Source: Verrucomicrobiales bacterium
Lineage (GTDB): Bacteria; Verrucomicrobiota; Verrucomicrobiia; Limisphaerales; CAIMTB01
NCBI GenBank assembly: GCA_016795425.1
Contig: JAEUHG010000005.1
Location: 29,083-93,082, forward strand
Direction: 5' to 3'
DNA: 64,000 bases
The notes below the pieces were generated by a model. The model was not told where the DNA came from, ran no database searches, and saw nothing but the letters and a program-made list of their open reading frames with translations. Positions within the stretch are counted from its first letter, which is position 1; the number at the start of each line of letters is the position of its first letter. The translations under genes were made by a program, and so were the position numbers. Below, piece after piece: positions 10,203 through 20,489 of this stretch.

Positions 10203-11255
10203 TCAGGGTTCCGCCAGGCGCTGAACTTGCGCCCCGAGGTAGTGGGTCAATGCCAGCAGGGGTGCGGTATCCGGCCGGCCTTCCAAGGGGCGGAGGGATT
10301 CGCGAGCGGTGGTCAGGAAGGACTCCACCACACCTCGGGAGAGGGCGGCGGCCTCGTACCGCTCCAGCAAGGCCCGAAACCCATCGCTTTGTCCCGACGC
10401 GTGGCGGTGATGGAGGCTTTCGAGCGTGGCGCGGTCGGCGGGTGTGGCCCGCTGGTGGGTCAGCAGGATAGGCAGAGTGACTTTGCCGGTGGCGAGATCG
10501 GTTCCCAGGGTTTTCCCGGCGGATTCCTCGGAGCCGAACACATCCAGGCAATCGTCGAAGACCTGATAGGCAGTGCCGAAAGCGATGCCGAATCGGCGCA
10601 GGGCGTCACAGGTGGCGGCCGGGGCGCCGGAGAGGAGTGCGCCCAGTTCGCAGGCAAGGGCGAACAATTCGGCCGTTTTGAGCTGGATCACCCGGAAATA
10701 GTCGTCGGTCGACTGGTCCAACCGACCCTGACGCAGCGTCTGCAGGATTTCGCCCGAACAAACCGCCTTGGTGCCGTTGGCGACGACGCGGCAGACGTCC
10801 GTGGTGGGAAACCCGGCAGCCAGGGTAAGGGCATGGGCAAAGAGGCAATCGCCGAGCAGCACGGCGGTCTGATTGCCGAAGCGGGCCGCCACAGTCGGCT
10901 GTCGCCGGCGGACGCCGGCGGCGTCGATGACATCGTCGTGCACCAGGGTGGCGAGGTGGACCAATTCCACGATAGCCGCACCCGTGACATGGTTCGGCGC
11001 CAAGCTGCCGGTGGCGCGAGCGGCGAGCGCGACGAGGACCGGGCGAAGTTGTTTGCCGCTGGCCGACAACGCATAGCGCGCCCCGGCGGCCACTTCGGCC
11101 TCAAAGGCTTCGACCTGTTTTTCCAGGAACTCCCGAACGTCGCCAAGGAACGGAGCTAACGGCTCGGAGATCTCCTTCCAAGCCGCTCCATGCGAATGGC
11201 CCGACGCGGACCGCCGCTCGGGTTTGGGGACCGGCTTGGTTTCAGCAGCCAGCAT
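10203..11255 (-). CDS. Polyprenyl diphosphate synthase (IspB/HepT-like)
   Basis: GKQLRP, first Asp-rich motif LVHDDVID, LLGD, KTAELF, second motif QVFDDCLD. Confidence 0.93.
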   Translation of the reverse strand: MLAAETKPVPKPERRSASGHSHGAAWKEISEPLAPFLGDVREFLEKQVEAFEAEVAAGARYALSASGKQLRPVLVALAARATGSLAPNHVTGAAIVELVHLATLVHDDVIDAAGVRRRQPTVAARFGNQTAVLLGDCLFAHALTLAAGFPTTDVCRVVANGTKAVCSGEILQTLRQGRLDQSTDDYFRVIQLKTAELFALACELGALLSGAPAATCDALRRFGIAFGTAYQVFDDCLDVFGSEESAGKTLGTDLATGKVTLPILLTHQRATPADRATLESLHHRHASGQSDGFRALLERYEAAALSRGVVESFLTTARESLRPLEGRPDTAPLLALTHYLGAQVQRLAEP

Positions 11256-11403
11256 GTCTAGGCACTTTAGGTTTCCAGGGAATTCAAGTCAAACGGCGGG
11301 AACCGAACGCGATGGAATCGAGGTTTTGGTTTGCGCGGCGCTCCCGGCCCGGGAACGTTGCGTCGTGCAGAGGCGCAAGTATCCAGTGGTTCGTGTCGGG
11401 TTC

Positions 11404-12573
11404 ATGTCTTGGTTCCTGGCAGCAACGCAGGCGGTGACGGTGTCAGCGATCGGGGCGGACCCGGTTCCGGCTCCCGGGGCAACCACCACCATTGCCTCGG
11501 TCCAACCCGTGAGCGCCGCTGCTTCAACACCGGCATCCGCCAAAAGTAGTGACGTCGGCTGGCAGCAGCTCGATACACCGGAGTATCCCGCGTATTTGGA
11601 GCGCCTTCGGGCCGCGGGATGCCCGGAGGATAGGATTCGGTGGATCGTGCGCGCCGACGCGGATGATTGGCTGCTGCAGCAGCGGGTGGCCCAGGCTGTC
11701 GCCAACGATTTTGCCTGGTGGAAGGCCGAAGCGCCCAATGCGGCCGGGGATAACTTCACGGATCGATACGAGCAGTTGCGGAAGCGACGGGGTGAGTTGA
11801 TCACGAAATACATCGGCGGATCGCCCGAGGAGTCGGCAGACAACGGGAAAGAAGTGCCGATTGTGGTGAATCTATCCGGTCCCGTCCTGGGCGCCCTGCC
11901 GCGCGAGAAATACAACGCGGTCCAGGAGATTTGTGCGCGGTCGCTCGACCGGCACCAGGGCTATTTCAACAACCGCCAGAATGAGGGCGTCTTCCTGAAT
12001 CAGGGGGATCTGGCACGCCTGCGTGAACAGACGCGCTCGGACTTGTCGCAAATCTTGACGCCGCTGGAATTGGAGGAGTTTCTGCTGCGCTACTCGCACA
12101 ATGCCAATCGATTGCGAACGGAGTTGGCGGGCTTGGATCCCACCCCGGATGAATTTCGACAGGTCTTTCGTTCCGTCGACGCCCTGGAGCACCGGTTGCA
12201 GCTCGAATATGGCGCCGTGGATTCGCTCAGTTCCCGACAGCGTGAAGAGTTCGAGCGGCAACGGGAGGAGGTGATCAAGAAGGTGCTGCCTCCGGAACGA
12301 TACCAACGGTATCTCGTCGGGCGTTATCCCTTGTTCCGACAAGCGCAGCTGGCAGTGCGACGGGCCGGTTTGCCGGAGAACCTGGCCTTGGGCTTTTACG
12401 AGGTCCTCAACCAGCATGAGAGCAAGCGCCGTGAGGTGCTCAACAACACCGCCCTCAGCTCGGAACAGCGTCAACTCGCTCTGCAGTCTCTGGAAAAGGA
12501 CAAGGAAGAGTCCCTCAAGCGTGCGCTGGGCGAGGAAGGGTATCGTCAGTACCGCGAATCATTGGTCAATTGA
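11404..12573 (+). CDS. Hypothetical exported alpha-helical protein
   Basis: Long ORF with signal-like start, Ala/Thr linker, motif WQQLDTPEYPAYLERLRAAGCPE and helical charged repeats. Start uncertain. Confidence 0.7.
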   Translation: MSWFLAATQAVTVSAIGADPVPAPGATTTIASVQPVSAAASTPASAKSSDVGWQQLDTPEYPAYLERLRAAGCPEDRIRWIVRADADDWLLQQRVAQAVANDFAWWKAEAPNAAGDNFTDRYEQLRKRRGELITKYIGGSPEESADNGKEVPIVVNLSGPVLGALPREKYNAVQEICARSLDRHQGYFNNRQNEGVFLNQGDLARLREQTRSDLSQILTPLELEEFLLRYSHNANRLRTELAGLDPTPDEFRQVFRSVDALEHRLQLEYGAVDSLSSRQREEFERQREEVIKKVLPPERYQRYLVGRYPLFRQAQLAVRRAGLPENLALGFYEVLNQHESKRREVLNNTALSSEQRQLALQSLEKDKEESLKRALGEEGYRQYRESLVN

Positions 12574-13118
12574 GGACCCGGGCGAAGGCCACCAAAGGGG
12601 GATCGGATGGCTTTGGGAGGTGCCAGCGAAGCGGGTTTGTTGGAGGCCGTGAGTCGGAACTCGCCCTCTGAGGTCCAGGCGTGGGGGACCCGATTCAGGT
12701 AAAGCGCCTTGGGCAGCATTTGAACCTCGTGACCAAAGCACTGGAGGACCACTGTCCCCGGTTGGTACATGAGATCGTGGAATGCCAGGATCCCAAATGG
12801 GACGGGCTTGTCAGGATCGTCGAATCTCACCACGACAGGAAGCGTCTCCGCCGCGGTCGGTGATGTTTCACCGTCGAAACGGACCGTGATGTTGCTGATC
12901 CCGAGGCTTTCCTGGTGGATGCGCAGGGCCGGTGTGCCATCCGACTCTCGTGCATAGGTGACTTGCCAGGGGCCTCGACGCACTCGCAGGTGCCGGTCGC
13001 ATCCGTACATGACCACGTAGCCGACCAAGGCAATGAGGGCGGGCATGGCAAAGATCCGCCAGGTGGAGGAAGGGGCCGTCGGCGTCTGGGTGGGAGGAGG
13101 GGGAGGCAAGGGAGACAT
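12546..13118 (-). CDS. Hypothetical membrane-anchored protein
   Basis: One N-terminal TM helix then a beta-rich domain; 9 bp downstream of the previous gene in the selAB run. Confidence 0.7.
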   Translation of the reverse strand: MSPLPPPPPTQTPTAPSSTWRIFAMPALIALVGYVVMYGCDRHLRVRRGPWQVTYARESDGTPALRIHQESLGISNITVRFDGETSPTAAETLPVVVRFDDPDKPVPFGILAFHDLMYQPGTVVLQCFGHEVQMLPKALYLNRVPHAWTSEGEFRLTASNKPASLAPPKAIRSPFGGLRPGPQLTNDSRY

Positions 13119-13127
13119 CGGGGTCGC

Positions 13128-13997
13128 TTAAGAAGACCGAAACGGATTGGAGCGTTCCACCGGTCGGTCGGTTTCTTCCGGCATCGGCGGGATGAATGGA
13201 TTCGGACCGCTCACGATCTTGGGCAGGCGCCAGACTCCGCCAAGGCAATAAATCCATCCGACCAGAATGTGTAGAGGCGAGGCGAGAAGCAGGCCGACCA
13301 ATGCCAGTTGGTGTGTGGCGTAGAGCCCGAAGGCGCCCGTCATCAACAAGGCTCCCGGCAGCAACGCCGCTGCTGCCAACTTCCAACAATCACCCAGGCC
13401 GACGTCCCGATTCAGGAAACCCGAGACGAGGCGCAGCACGGGGGAATAGACCGTGGCCAGGAGTACCCAGGTCATCAGGACACCGATGGTCGTGGCCAAA
13501 CCGAAGGTCAGAAGTATGGGGGCTTTCCAGGCGGACCAGAGGCCCGACATTTCGACGCGGTCCACAGAGGCTCGAAGCGTGGCCGGGTAACGGCCGTCCA
13601 ACCTCCCAAACAGGGAATGCATCGACCAGCCTTCGGGTTCGATCCACAGATTCACGTCAGCGGCTGAGATCGGTTCGTCAGCAGGGTCGCCAACCACGGC
13701 GATGCCGAGGAAGGAGGAGTTGCGCACGAGCCAGCTTTTCGGGGTCGATGGGTAAAAACGACCGTCGCGGATCTCGCCCGCGGTTCCAACGTCCGCAATT
13801 GCCTGTTCGATGTCTCGAGCCCAGGTGAGAAGAAGGACCAAGGTTAATGCGGCGCCGATGGCTGTCGCTGTGAAGGCTTGCCAAGAAAGCAGCCACCTCA
13901 CCGGGCCGCACGCCAACGCGGCGACGCCGCCAAAGGTGGTCGGTATCGGAGACGCGCGAATCCGAGTCCGATCCTCATCCCGGTCCTGTTCTTCCAT
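13128..13997 (-). CDS. Hypothetical integral membrane protein (DUF1189-like topology)
   Basis: One TM, a soluble loop, then about 3 TM helices; starts 3 bp after the selB stop. Confidence 0.7.
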   Translation of the reverse strand: MEEQDRDEDRTRIRASPIPTTFGGVAALACGPVRWLLSWQAFTATAIGAALTLVLLLTWARDIEQAIADVGTAGEIRDGRFYPSTPKSWLVRNSSFLGIAVVGDPADEPISAADVNLWIEPEGWSMHSLFGRLDGRYPATLRASVDRVEMSGLWSAWKAPILLTFGLATTIGVLMTWVLLATVYSPVLRLVSGFLNRDVGLGDCWKLAAAALLPGALLMTGAFGLYATHQLALVGLLLASPLHILVGWIYCLGGVWRLPKIVSGPNPFIPPMPEETDRPVERSNPFRSS

Positions 13998-14000
13998 CCG

Positions 14001-16025
14001 TCAGGGAGTCTTTCGCGGGTTGACCCCGTGCGCAAACGGCTTTTCGCGACTGGGAATCGTGGCCGGACCGGCGAGGGCTGATGTTCGCAGTCGTCGGGTG
14101 TCGCCTTCGCGAAGGGTGAGGCCATCGCGATCGAAACGTTCGAGAAGCGGAATGACCACCCGTCGGGTGGTGCCCAGGAAGTGTCGAATCTCGCTGGTGG
14201 TCGCCGATTCTCGGCGCCTCAGGAACTCGCGGACCTTTCTTCGCGCCTGCAGGAAGGCGGCGAGAGGCAGAACGATATCCGAGCCCAGATCGAGAACTTC
14301 ACCCGCATCGATAAGAAACCTGAGCGCCGCGGATTCGGCGCCGGTCGCCAAAAAAGCGGACCTTGGAGGCGGATCCAACATGCCTTGGGCCAGGGCCGCC
14401 CGGATGCGCTGACCGGCGGAGCTCAAGTCCGGTGGCAGGACGGGATGGTGCGTTGCCCGGCGAATGTGAGTGCCTTCCACCACGTATCCCATCTGTTCGA
14501 GATCGTGAATGAGGGCGTCCTCGCCAGCTGCTGTCTTCAATTCCTGAGCCACAGCCATGCGAAGCGGGGCCAGTGCGAGGCCGAGTTGCTCAGGGTGCTG
14601 CAGGTGATGTTGATCGATGGTCTGCGCGGCCGCCTCGACCCAATTCCGCCACGCTGACGTTGCCGCCAGCAACGCGCCCCGTTGCACGGCGCTTTGGTTC
14701 GCAATGAGTGCACCGACCGCTTTGAGTGCCGAAGAACGCGATACTTTCGCGCGAGTGAGATAGGAGTCGATGCGTCCGACGGGATGCCGGTGCAACTGCA
14801 ACCGAAGCAAGTCGGTGGTGGTGGGGGATGCGGCACAGGCGTCGAGAAGCTGCAGCCGTGCCGGATCTCGGGGGTTTTGGCGGGAGGCCTCCGGATCAAG
14901 AACCTGCCCTCCGGCGAAGGTGGTTTGTTCGGAGGTGTCCCGGAGGATGAATCGATCCTGGGCCATGGCGAAGACCGGTTGCTCCAGTCGAAGCTGGGCG
15001 ATGGCGGTATCGCCTGGGCCGAGTCGATCACCGCGGAGAAGAAGCAGCCGCGCGCGCACCTGCGCTGAGCCGAGCAGCAGATTCACTGTCGAACCGTCGA
15101 CCAACGGGCGAGAGGGGGGACGGTCGTCGCGGAGAGGTCGAGGCGATCGACACAGAAACACATCGAGGGTGTCGGACGCGGCGCCCAGTCCCGGGAGAGT
15201 CAAGACATCCCCGCGACCGACGGTCCCTGGGCCGGTGCTATCCCGACGCGGCTCGAGTTCCGTCAGATTCAAACCGGCGCGGGTCCCGCACGGAATACGC
15301 TCGACCTCGTGTCCGTGGATGTGACAGGTGCGGACGCGGCAGGTTCGGTGGCCCGGTTCCACGATCAATGCATCGCCGCGGTTGACGGAACCTCCTGTCA
15401 GGGTTCCCGTGACCACCGTTCCAATGCCGCGCAGTGCGAAGGCACGGTCAACGAAGAGTCGAGGACGCCCGAAGTCGGGTGGCGGCGGTGTGTTTGCGAG
15501 AACCTGGGCGAGGACGTTCGAAAGTTCCGGAAGACCTTCACCGTTCAACGCCGAAACGCGGACGATTGGAGCGTTGGCGAGGGGTGTGCCGGCGAGGCGC
15601 GATCGAATCTGCGCCTCCAGCGGCGGAAGGCAGGAGGTCAGGTCGGCTTTGGAAAGGACGATCACCCCGCTCTGGATGCCCAGGTAGGTGAGAATCTGGA
15701 GGTGCTCTTCCGTTTGTGGCATCCAGCCGTCGTCAGCTGCCACCAACAGCAGCGCCAGGTCGATGGCACCGACTCCGGCCACCATGTTCTTCACGAAATC
15801 CTCGTGTCCCGGCACATCGATGATGCCGCAGGAGTAATGGGTGGCACCATGGGGATTGCCAGGAGGCGCCGGGAATGAATGGTGAGCGAATCCGAGGTCA
15901 ATGGTGATTCCGCGCGCCTTCTCCTCCGGGAGCCGGTCCGGATCGGTTCCGGTTAGCGCCCGAACCAACGCACTCTTTCCGTGGTCCACGTGCCCCGCGG
16001 TGGCGACAATGAACGGTTGAATCAT
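14001..16025 (-). CDS. selB: Selenocysteine-specific translation elongation factor SelB
   Basis: [45 protein letters not shown]-terminal winged helix ([14 protein letters not shown]). ATG 16025 overlaps the selA stop. Confidence 0.96.
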   Translation of the reverse strand: MIQPFIVATAGHVDHGKSALVRALTGTDPDRLPEEKARGITIDLGFAHHSFPAPPGNPHGATHYSCGIIDVPGHEDFVKNMVAGVGAIDLALLLVAADDGWMPQTEEHLQILTYLGIQSGVIVLSKADLTSCLPPLEAQIRSRLAGTPLANAPIVRVSALNGEGLPELSNVLAQVLANTPPPPDFGRPRLFVDRAFALRGIGTVVTGTLTGGSVNRGDALIVEPGHRTCRVRTCHIHGHEVERIPCGTRAGLNLTELEPRRDSTGPGTVGRGDVLTLPGLGAASDTLDVFLCRSPRPLRDDRPPSRPLVDGSTVNLLLGSAQVRARLLLLRGDRLGPGDTAIAQLRLEQPVFAMAQDRFILRDTSEQTTFAGGQVLDPEASRQNPRDPARLQLLDACAASPTTTDLLRLQLHRHPVGRIDSYLTRAKVSRSSALKAVGALIANQSAVQRGALLAATSAWRNWVEAAAQTIDQHHLQHPEQLGLALAPLRMAVAQELKTAAGEDALIHDLEQMGYVVEGTHIRRATHHPVLPPDLSSAGQRIRAALAQGMLDPPPRSAFLATGAESAALRFLIDAGEVLDLGSDIVLPLAAFLQARRKVREFLRRRESATTSEIRHFLGTTRRVVIPLLERFDRDGLTLREGDTRRLRTSALAGPATIPSREKPFAHGVNPRKTP

Positions 16026-17455
16026 GGGGCGTCGCCGGACATCGCCGTCGGGCCGCCGGCACTTAACTCTTGGGCGACCGCCTGGAGGGCGCAAACCAGC
16101 GTCTCGTCCTGCGAGGGAAACACCGTGCGGAGGTCGATCCAGCAGCAGCCGTCGCTGACCCGGCCGATAACCGGAGGGCGGTGCTTCCGGAGCAGATCCA
16201 GGAATCCCTCGGCATTTCCTCGCGGCGGCGGTATGCGAAGCGCGATCGATGGCATGCTGGAACGCGGACAAACGCCGCCGCCGATCTGCGAATCCGACGC
16301 GCGGACCTCCATGACGAGGCCGGAAGGTCGGAGACGCTCCTGCAGGGTCACCGCGCGGGCCCTCAAATCCGCGACCGGGGTCAGCATGAGGTTGACCATG
16401 GGAACTGTCTTCGGAGGTCCGGCGTCGCGACGGGCGGCGGCGTGCAGGTAGGCATCGATCGTCGCTTGCAACGCGGCGAACACCAGTTTGTCACAGCGCA
16501 GGGCACGGAACAGAGGATCGGCCTTGAGTCGATCGATCCACGATCGGCTGCCAGCAATGATCCCGGCCTGCGGTCCGCCGAGGAGTTTGTCGCCGCTGAA
16601 GCAAACCAGGTCGGCACCTGCCGCAAGTGTCTGACCGGGCATGGGCTCGGAATGAAGTCCGGCGACCGCGGTCAGGTCCATGAGGGCGCCGCTTCCGAGA
16701 TCGACGACAAACGGCACGCCGCCGACCTTGGCGGCAGCGGCAACCTCGGCATCGGCCGGGCGGTCCACGAAACCCTCCATGTAGAAATTGCTGGGGTGGA
16801 CACGGAGAACGAGTGCCGTTTGGGTGCCGATGGCCCGGCGGTAATCCTGGATGGAGGTCTGATTGGTGGTGCCGATTTCGCGCAGCTGGGCGCCGCTGGT
16901 CTGAAGGATGTCAGGAATACGGAACCCACCGCCGATTTGGATGAGTTCCCCGCGCGAAATGACCACTTCGTGGCGTCCTGAGCCGGCGGTGAGATGATGG
17001 AGGATGAGAACGAGGGCGGCGGCGCCGTTGTTGACGACGGTGGCGGCTTCGGCCTGGCACAAGAGTGCCAGGCCGTGTTCAACGTAGGCGCCGCGGTGCC
17101 CTCGCCGACCATGGATGAGGGAGATCTCGAGGTTGGAATACCCGAGCGCCACCGAGCGAACCGACTCCACGAGGTCGTCGCCGAGCGGGGCTCGCCCAAG
17201 ATTGGTGTGAGCCAGGATGCCGGTTCCATTAATGACCGGCTGCAGGCGGGTTTCGGCCAGTTCCTGGAGTTCCCGTCGCAGGTCGTGAATGAAGACCTCG
17301 AACGCCGGAATGGGGGTGTCGGTGGCACCCCTCGCGGAGGCGAGTCGATCGCGCACGAGGCGAACCGCCATGGGGCGTGGAACGTCGAAGGGCTCGAGGG
17401 CCTTGAGGATCCGTTCCACCGATGGAAGAGCGCGTTGGCGCGCGGGGGTTGCCAT
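16022..17455 (-). CDS. selA: L-seryl-tRNA(Sec) selenium transferase SelA
   Basis: VINGTGILAHTNLGRAP, SRGELIQIGGGFRIPD, EIGTTN, PLP-lysine motif FSGDKLLGGPQAG. Confidence 0.96.
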   Translation of the reverse strand: MATPARQRALPSVERILKALEPFDVPRPMAVRLVRDRLASARGATDTPIPAFEVFIHDLRRELQELAETRLQPVINGTGILAHTNLGRAPLGDDLVESVRSVALGYSNLEISLIHGRRGHRGAYVEHGLALLCQAEAATVVNNGAAALVLILHHLTAGSGRHEVVISRGELIQIGGGFRIPDILQTSGAQLREIGTTNQTSIQDYRRAIGTQTALVLRVHPSNFYMEGFVDRPADAEVAAAAKVGGVPFVVDLGSGALMDLTAVAGLHSEPMPGQTLAAGADLVCFSGDKLLGGPQAGIIAGSRSWIDRLKADPLFRALRCDKLVFAALQATIDAYLHAAARRDAGPPKTVPMVNLMLTPVADLRARAVTLQERLRPSGLVMEVRASDSQIGGGVCPRSSMPSIALRIPPPRGNAEGFLDLLRKHRPPVIGRVSDGCCWIDLRTVFPSQDETLVCALQAVAQELSAGGPTAMSGDAP

Positions 17456-17653
17456 AGATGACGTCGGCCGCTGGCAAGGACTCCACGCTAGGAAGGGATG
17501 CCGAAGCAAGCCCTGTCGGGGAAGGACGAGCGGGGAAGAGGGACGCTGCGTCACCCGTTCAGGATCGCCAGGTCATCGGTGGCGGATGATGAGTGGGTCT
17601 GGCGCGTCGATTTAGAAGCTGACTTTGGGCACTTCAATGGGAAGGTGCGTCGA

Positions 17654-20479
17654 ATGGCCGACGCCAAGGGTGAGTCGACAGGAATCGGACGACTTTCCGG
17701 CCACCTTGTCCTCTTCGTCGTTGGCTACTTTCTGAGTGCGGCATTGGCGAATTGGATGTCGCGTGGAGCTGGAAGCACGTTGGTCTTCTGGCTTCCCAGC
17801 GGGGTGAGTTTGGCGGCGCTCTTGTGGCGGGAGCCGAGGCAATGGCCGTGGTTCATGGCGGCGGCTTTGCTTTCCAACGGCATTCTGGATCTGGCTTACG
17901 GCAAGCCGGTCCTGGTGTCGGCCTGGGTTTCGCTGGGCAATGTTGCGGAGGCGGTGGTTGGGGCGTGGATGGTGCGGCGCTGGGTGGGGCAATGTCCGGA
18001 TCTTAGCAAACCGAGGGACTTGGTGGGGTTGGCCGGGTACGGCGGTCTATTGGCGCCGATCCTCAGTGCCACGGTGGGGACCTGGGCCATGCGCGCGGTG
18101 CGGCCTGAAATGGACTGGATGCCGGTGTGGGTCTCCTGGTGGCTGGGGGCCGCCATGGGGGTCGTCGTGGCTGCACCCGCGATTCTGTGTTTCAGGGTTC
18201 CGTCAACGGTGCACGCGGATTGGCGCCGGGTACCGGTGCTGTTGGAGGCGGTATCGGTGCTGGTCTTGACGGCCTTGCTGGCCAGCGAAACCAGTCGGAT
18301 CGAGGCGGCTGGCGCACCGGGCATGAGGTTTCTGCTGTTCCCGGTGATTGGTTGGGCTGCGTTTCGATTCGGAACGCGAGGGGCCGCGTTGGCCACAGTC
18401 GTCGCCGCCGTATCGGCGGCCTGGTCGTTGCGAGAGGCTTTGGGACGAATCGCCGTGCCTTCCCAAGGTTGGCCGAGCCTATGGCTGGCGGTGCATGGCG
18501 GGCTGATCATCGCCGGATTTACCGGGCTTCTGTTGGCGGCGTTGTTCGCCGAAGGCCGACGGCGCGAATCCGAGTTGCGCGCCAATCGACATCGCCTCGA
18601 AGCCATCATCGATGCCTGCCCGATGGCATTGATCGCGGTCGATCGAGAGTACCGCGTGCGATTATGGAATCCCGCGGCAACGGCGCTCCTGGGGTGGAGT
18701 GCCGTCGAGGTGCTCGGCATGCCGGCGCCTTTCGTGGCGCGCGAGGATGTCGAGGAGATGAAGAACCGCGTGGATCGCCTCATGGCCGGTGTGACCTATG
18801 AAGGTGTCGACCGGCGGTATGTACGGAAGGACGGGACGCGGGTGGACACGCGGTTGTGGACGGTGCCGTTGCGGTCGGCGGACGGAAGCATCCACTCGAC
18901 GCTGGCGTTGGTACTGGACGTGACCCAGTTGCACCGTACCCAGGAAGCGTTGCGGGAGAGTGCGCACCGATTCGATTCGCTGATAGAATCGACCCATGCC
19001 GGCTACTTCTTCCTCGATCTCGAGGGCCGGTACCGGCAGGTGAACGCCGCGTGGCTCAGGATGCACGGATTAGCGACGGCCGAGGAGATCCTTGGACGTC
19101 ATTTCAGCGCCACCCAGACCTCGGAGAGTTTGGAGTACGCCAAGGAAGTCGTGCAACGCATGCTGTCGGGCGAGGGTGGTATTTCCGGCGAGTCCGAGCG
19201 GCGGCGCCCAGACGGGACGGTGGGTCACCACATGTTTTCGGCAAACGCAGTGGTGAAAGGCGGCGCGATCGTGGGCGTGGAAGGGGTGCTGATCGATACC
19301 ACCGAGCGGCGTCGGCTCGAGGAACGATTGCGACAAGCGCAGAAGCTGGAGGCCATCGGCCAGCTCGCCGGCGGGGTGGCGCACGATTTCAACAACATCC
19401 TGGCGGCCACGCTGATCCACCTGGGTCTGCTGAAGGCCGACGCCACCCTGGCACCCGAAGCCCGTGAAACCGTGGATGAATTGAAGGCGGAGGTCTTGCG
19501 CGGGGCGGAAGTTGTCCGGCAATTGCTCGCGTTCGGCCGGCGTTCGATGTTGGTCCGGAGGCCGATCGAACTGAATCAGGTGATCTCCGGCATGCGCCGC
19601 ATGCTGGAGAGGCTTCTGGGGGAGCAAGTGCGCTGCGAATTCGCGTTGGCGCCGTCGTTGCCGGCCATCGAGGCTGACAGCGGCATGATGGAGCAGGTGG
19701 TCATGAACCTGGCGGTGAATGCACGGGATGCGATGCCGTCGGGAGGCCTCCTTCGCCTGAGCACGTCCCGGGTGGTTTCGCGGGCGCGCGGCGATGCCGG
19801 GGAACTCGCCGAACCCAGATTGTGCGTCTGCCTGGAGGTCAGCGACACGGGCTGTGGAATGGAGGAGTCCACCATTCGCCACATCTTCGAACCGTTCTTC
19901 ACCACCAAGGAGGTGGGCAAGGGAACCGGCCTCGGGTTATCGACGGTCTACGGTATCGTTCGCCAGCATCAGGGGTGGTTGGAAGTCAACAGTCAGCCGG
20001 GGTCGGGCAGCACCTTTCGGGTCTACCTTCCGGCCGTCGACGCGTCTCCGGCCGTGCCGGCGCCGACACCGTCCACGCCCCCGGTGGAGGGTGGATCGGA
20101 AACTCTCCTGGTGGTGGAGGACGATGCGCACCTTCGGCGGTTGCTCGCGGTGTCCTTGTGCCGGGCCGGTTATCGGGTCATCGAGGCGCCGACCGGGAAG
20201 GAGGCGCTGGAGGCGTGGAAGGCGCGGAAGGCCCCGATCGACCTCGTCTTCAGCGATGTCGTGATGCCCGATGGCATCAGTGGTTCGGAATTGGTCCGAA
20301 TCCTGCGCGAGGAGGATCCTGATCTTCCGGTGATTCTTACCAGCGGCTACAGCGCGGAATTGGTGCAGGAAGGAGCGCCGATTCAGCAGGGGGTGATGTT
20401 TGTGCAGAAGCCGCTCGATCTGTCGCAATTGCACGCGACGGTTCGCCAGGCCCTGGAATCGCGGCTAAGGTCAGTCTAA
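17654..20479 (+). CDS. Hybrid sensor histidine kinase (MASE1 - 2x PAS - HisKA/HATPase - receiver)
   Basis: Multi-TM N-terminus (FWLPSGV), two PAS domains, AHDFNNIL H-box, NLAVNARDAM, FEPFFTTK, GTGLGL, receiver SDVVMP. Start approximate. Confidence 0.93.
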   Translation: MADAKGESTGIGRLSGHLVLFVVGYFLSAALANWMSRGAGSTLVFWLPSGVSLAALLWREPRQWPWFMAAALLSNGILDLAYGKPVLVSAWVSLGNVAEAVVGAWMVRRWVGQCPDLSKPRDLVGLAGYGGLLAPILSATVGTWAMRAVRPEMDWMPVWVSWWLGAAMGVVVAAPAILCFRVPSTVHADWRRVPVLLEAVSVLVLTALLASETSRIEAAGAPGMRFLLFPVIGWAAFRFGTRGAALATVVAAVSAAWSLREALGRIAVPSQGWPSLWLAVHGGLIIAGFTGLLLAALFAEGRRRESELRANRHRLEAIIDACPMALIAVDREYRVRLWNPAATALLGWSAVEVLGMPAPFVAREDVEEMKNRVDRLMAGVTYEGVDRRYVRKDGTRVDTRLWTVPLRSADGSIHSTLALVLDVTQLHRTQEALRESAHRFDSLIESTHAGYFFLDLEGRYRQVNAAWLRMHGLATAEEILGRHFSATQTSESLEYAKEVVQRMLSGEGGISGESERRRPDGTVGHHMFSANAVVKGGAIVGVEGVLIDTTERRRLEERLRQAQKLEAIGQLAGGVAHDFNNILAATLIHLGLLKADATLAPEARETVDELKAEVLRGAEVVRQLLAFGRRSMLVRRPIELNQVISGMRRMLERLLGEQVRCEFALAPSLPAIEADSGMMEQVVMNLAVNARDAMPSGGLLRLSTSRVVSRARGDAGELAEPRLCVCLEVSDTGCGMEESTIRHIFEPFFTTKEVGKGTGLGLSTVYGIVRQHQGWLEVNSQPGSGSTFRVYLPAVDASPAVPAPTPSTPPVEGGSETLLVVEDDAHLRRLLAVSLCRAGYRVIEAPTGKEALEAWKARKAPIDLVFSDVVMPDGISGSELVRILREEDPDLPVILTSGYSAELVQEGAPIQQGVMFVQKPLDLSQLHATVRQALESRLRSV

Positions 20480-20489
20480 ACGTGTGTCC

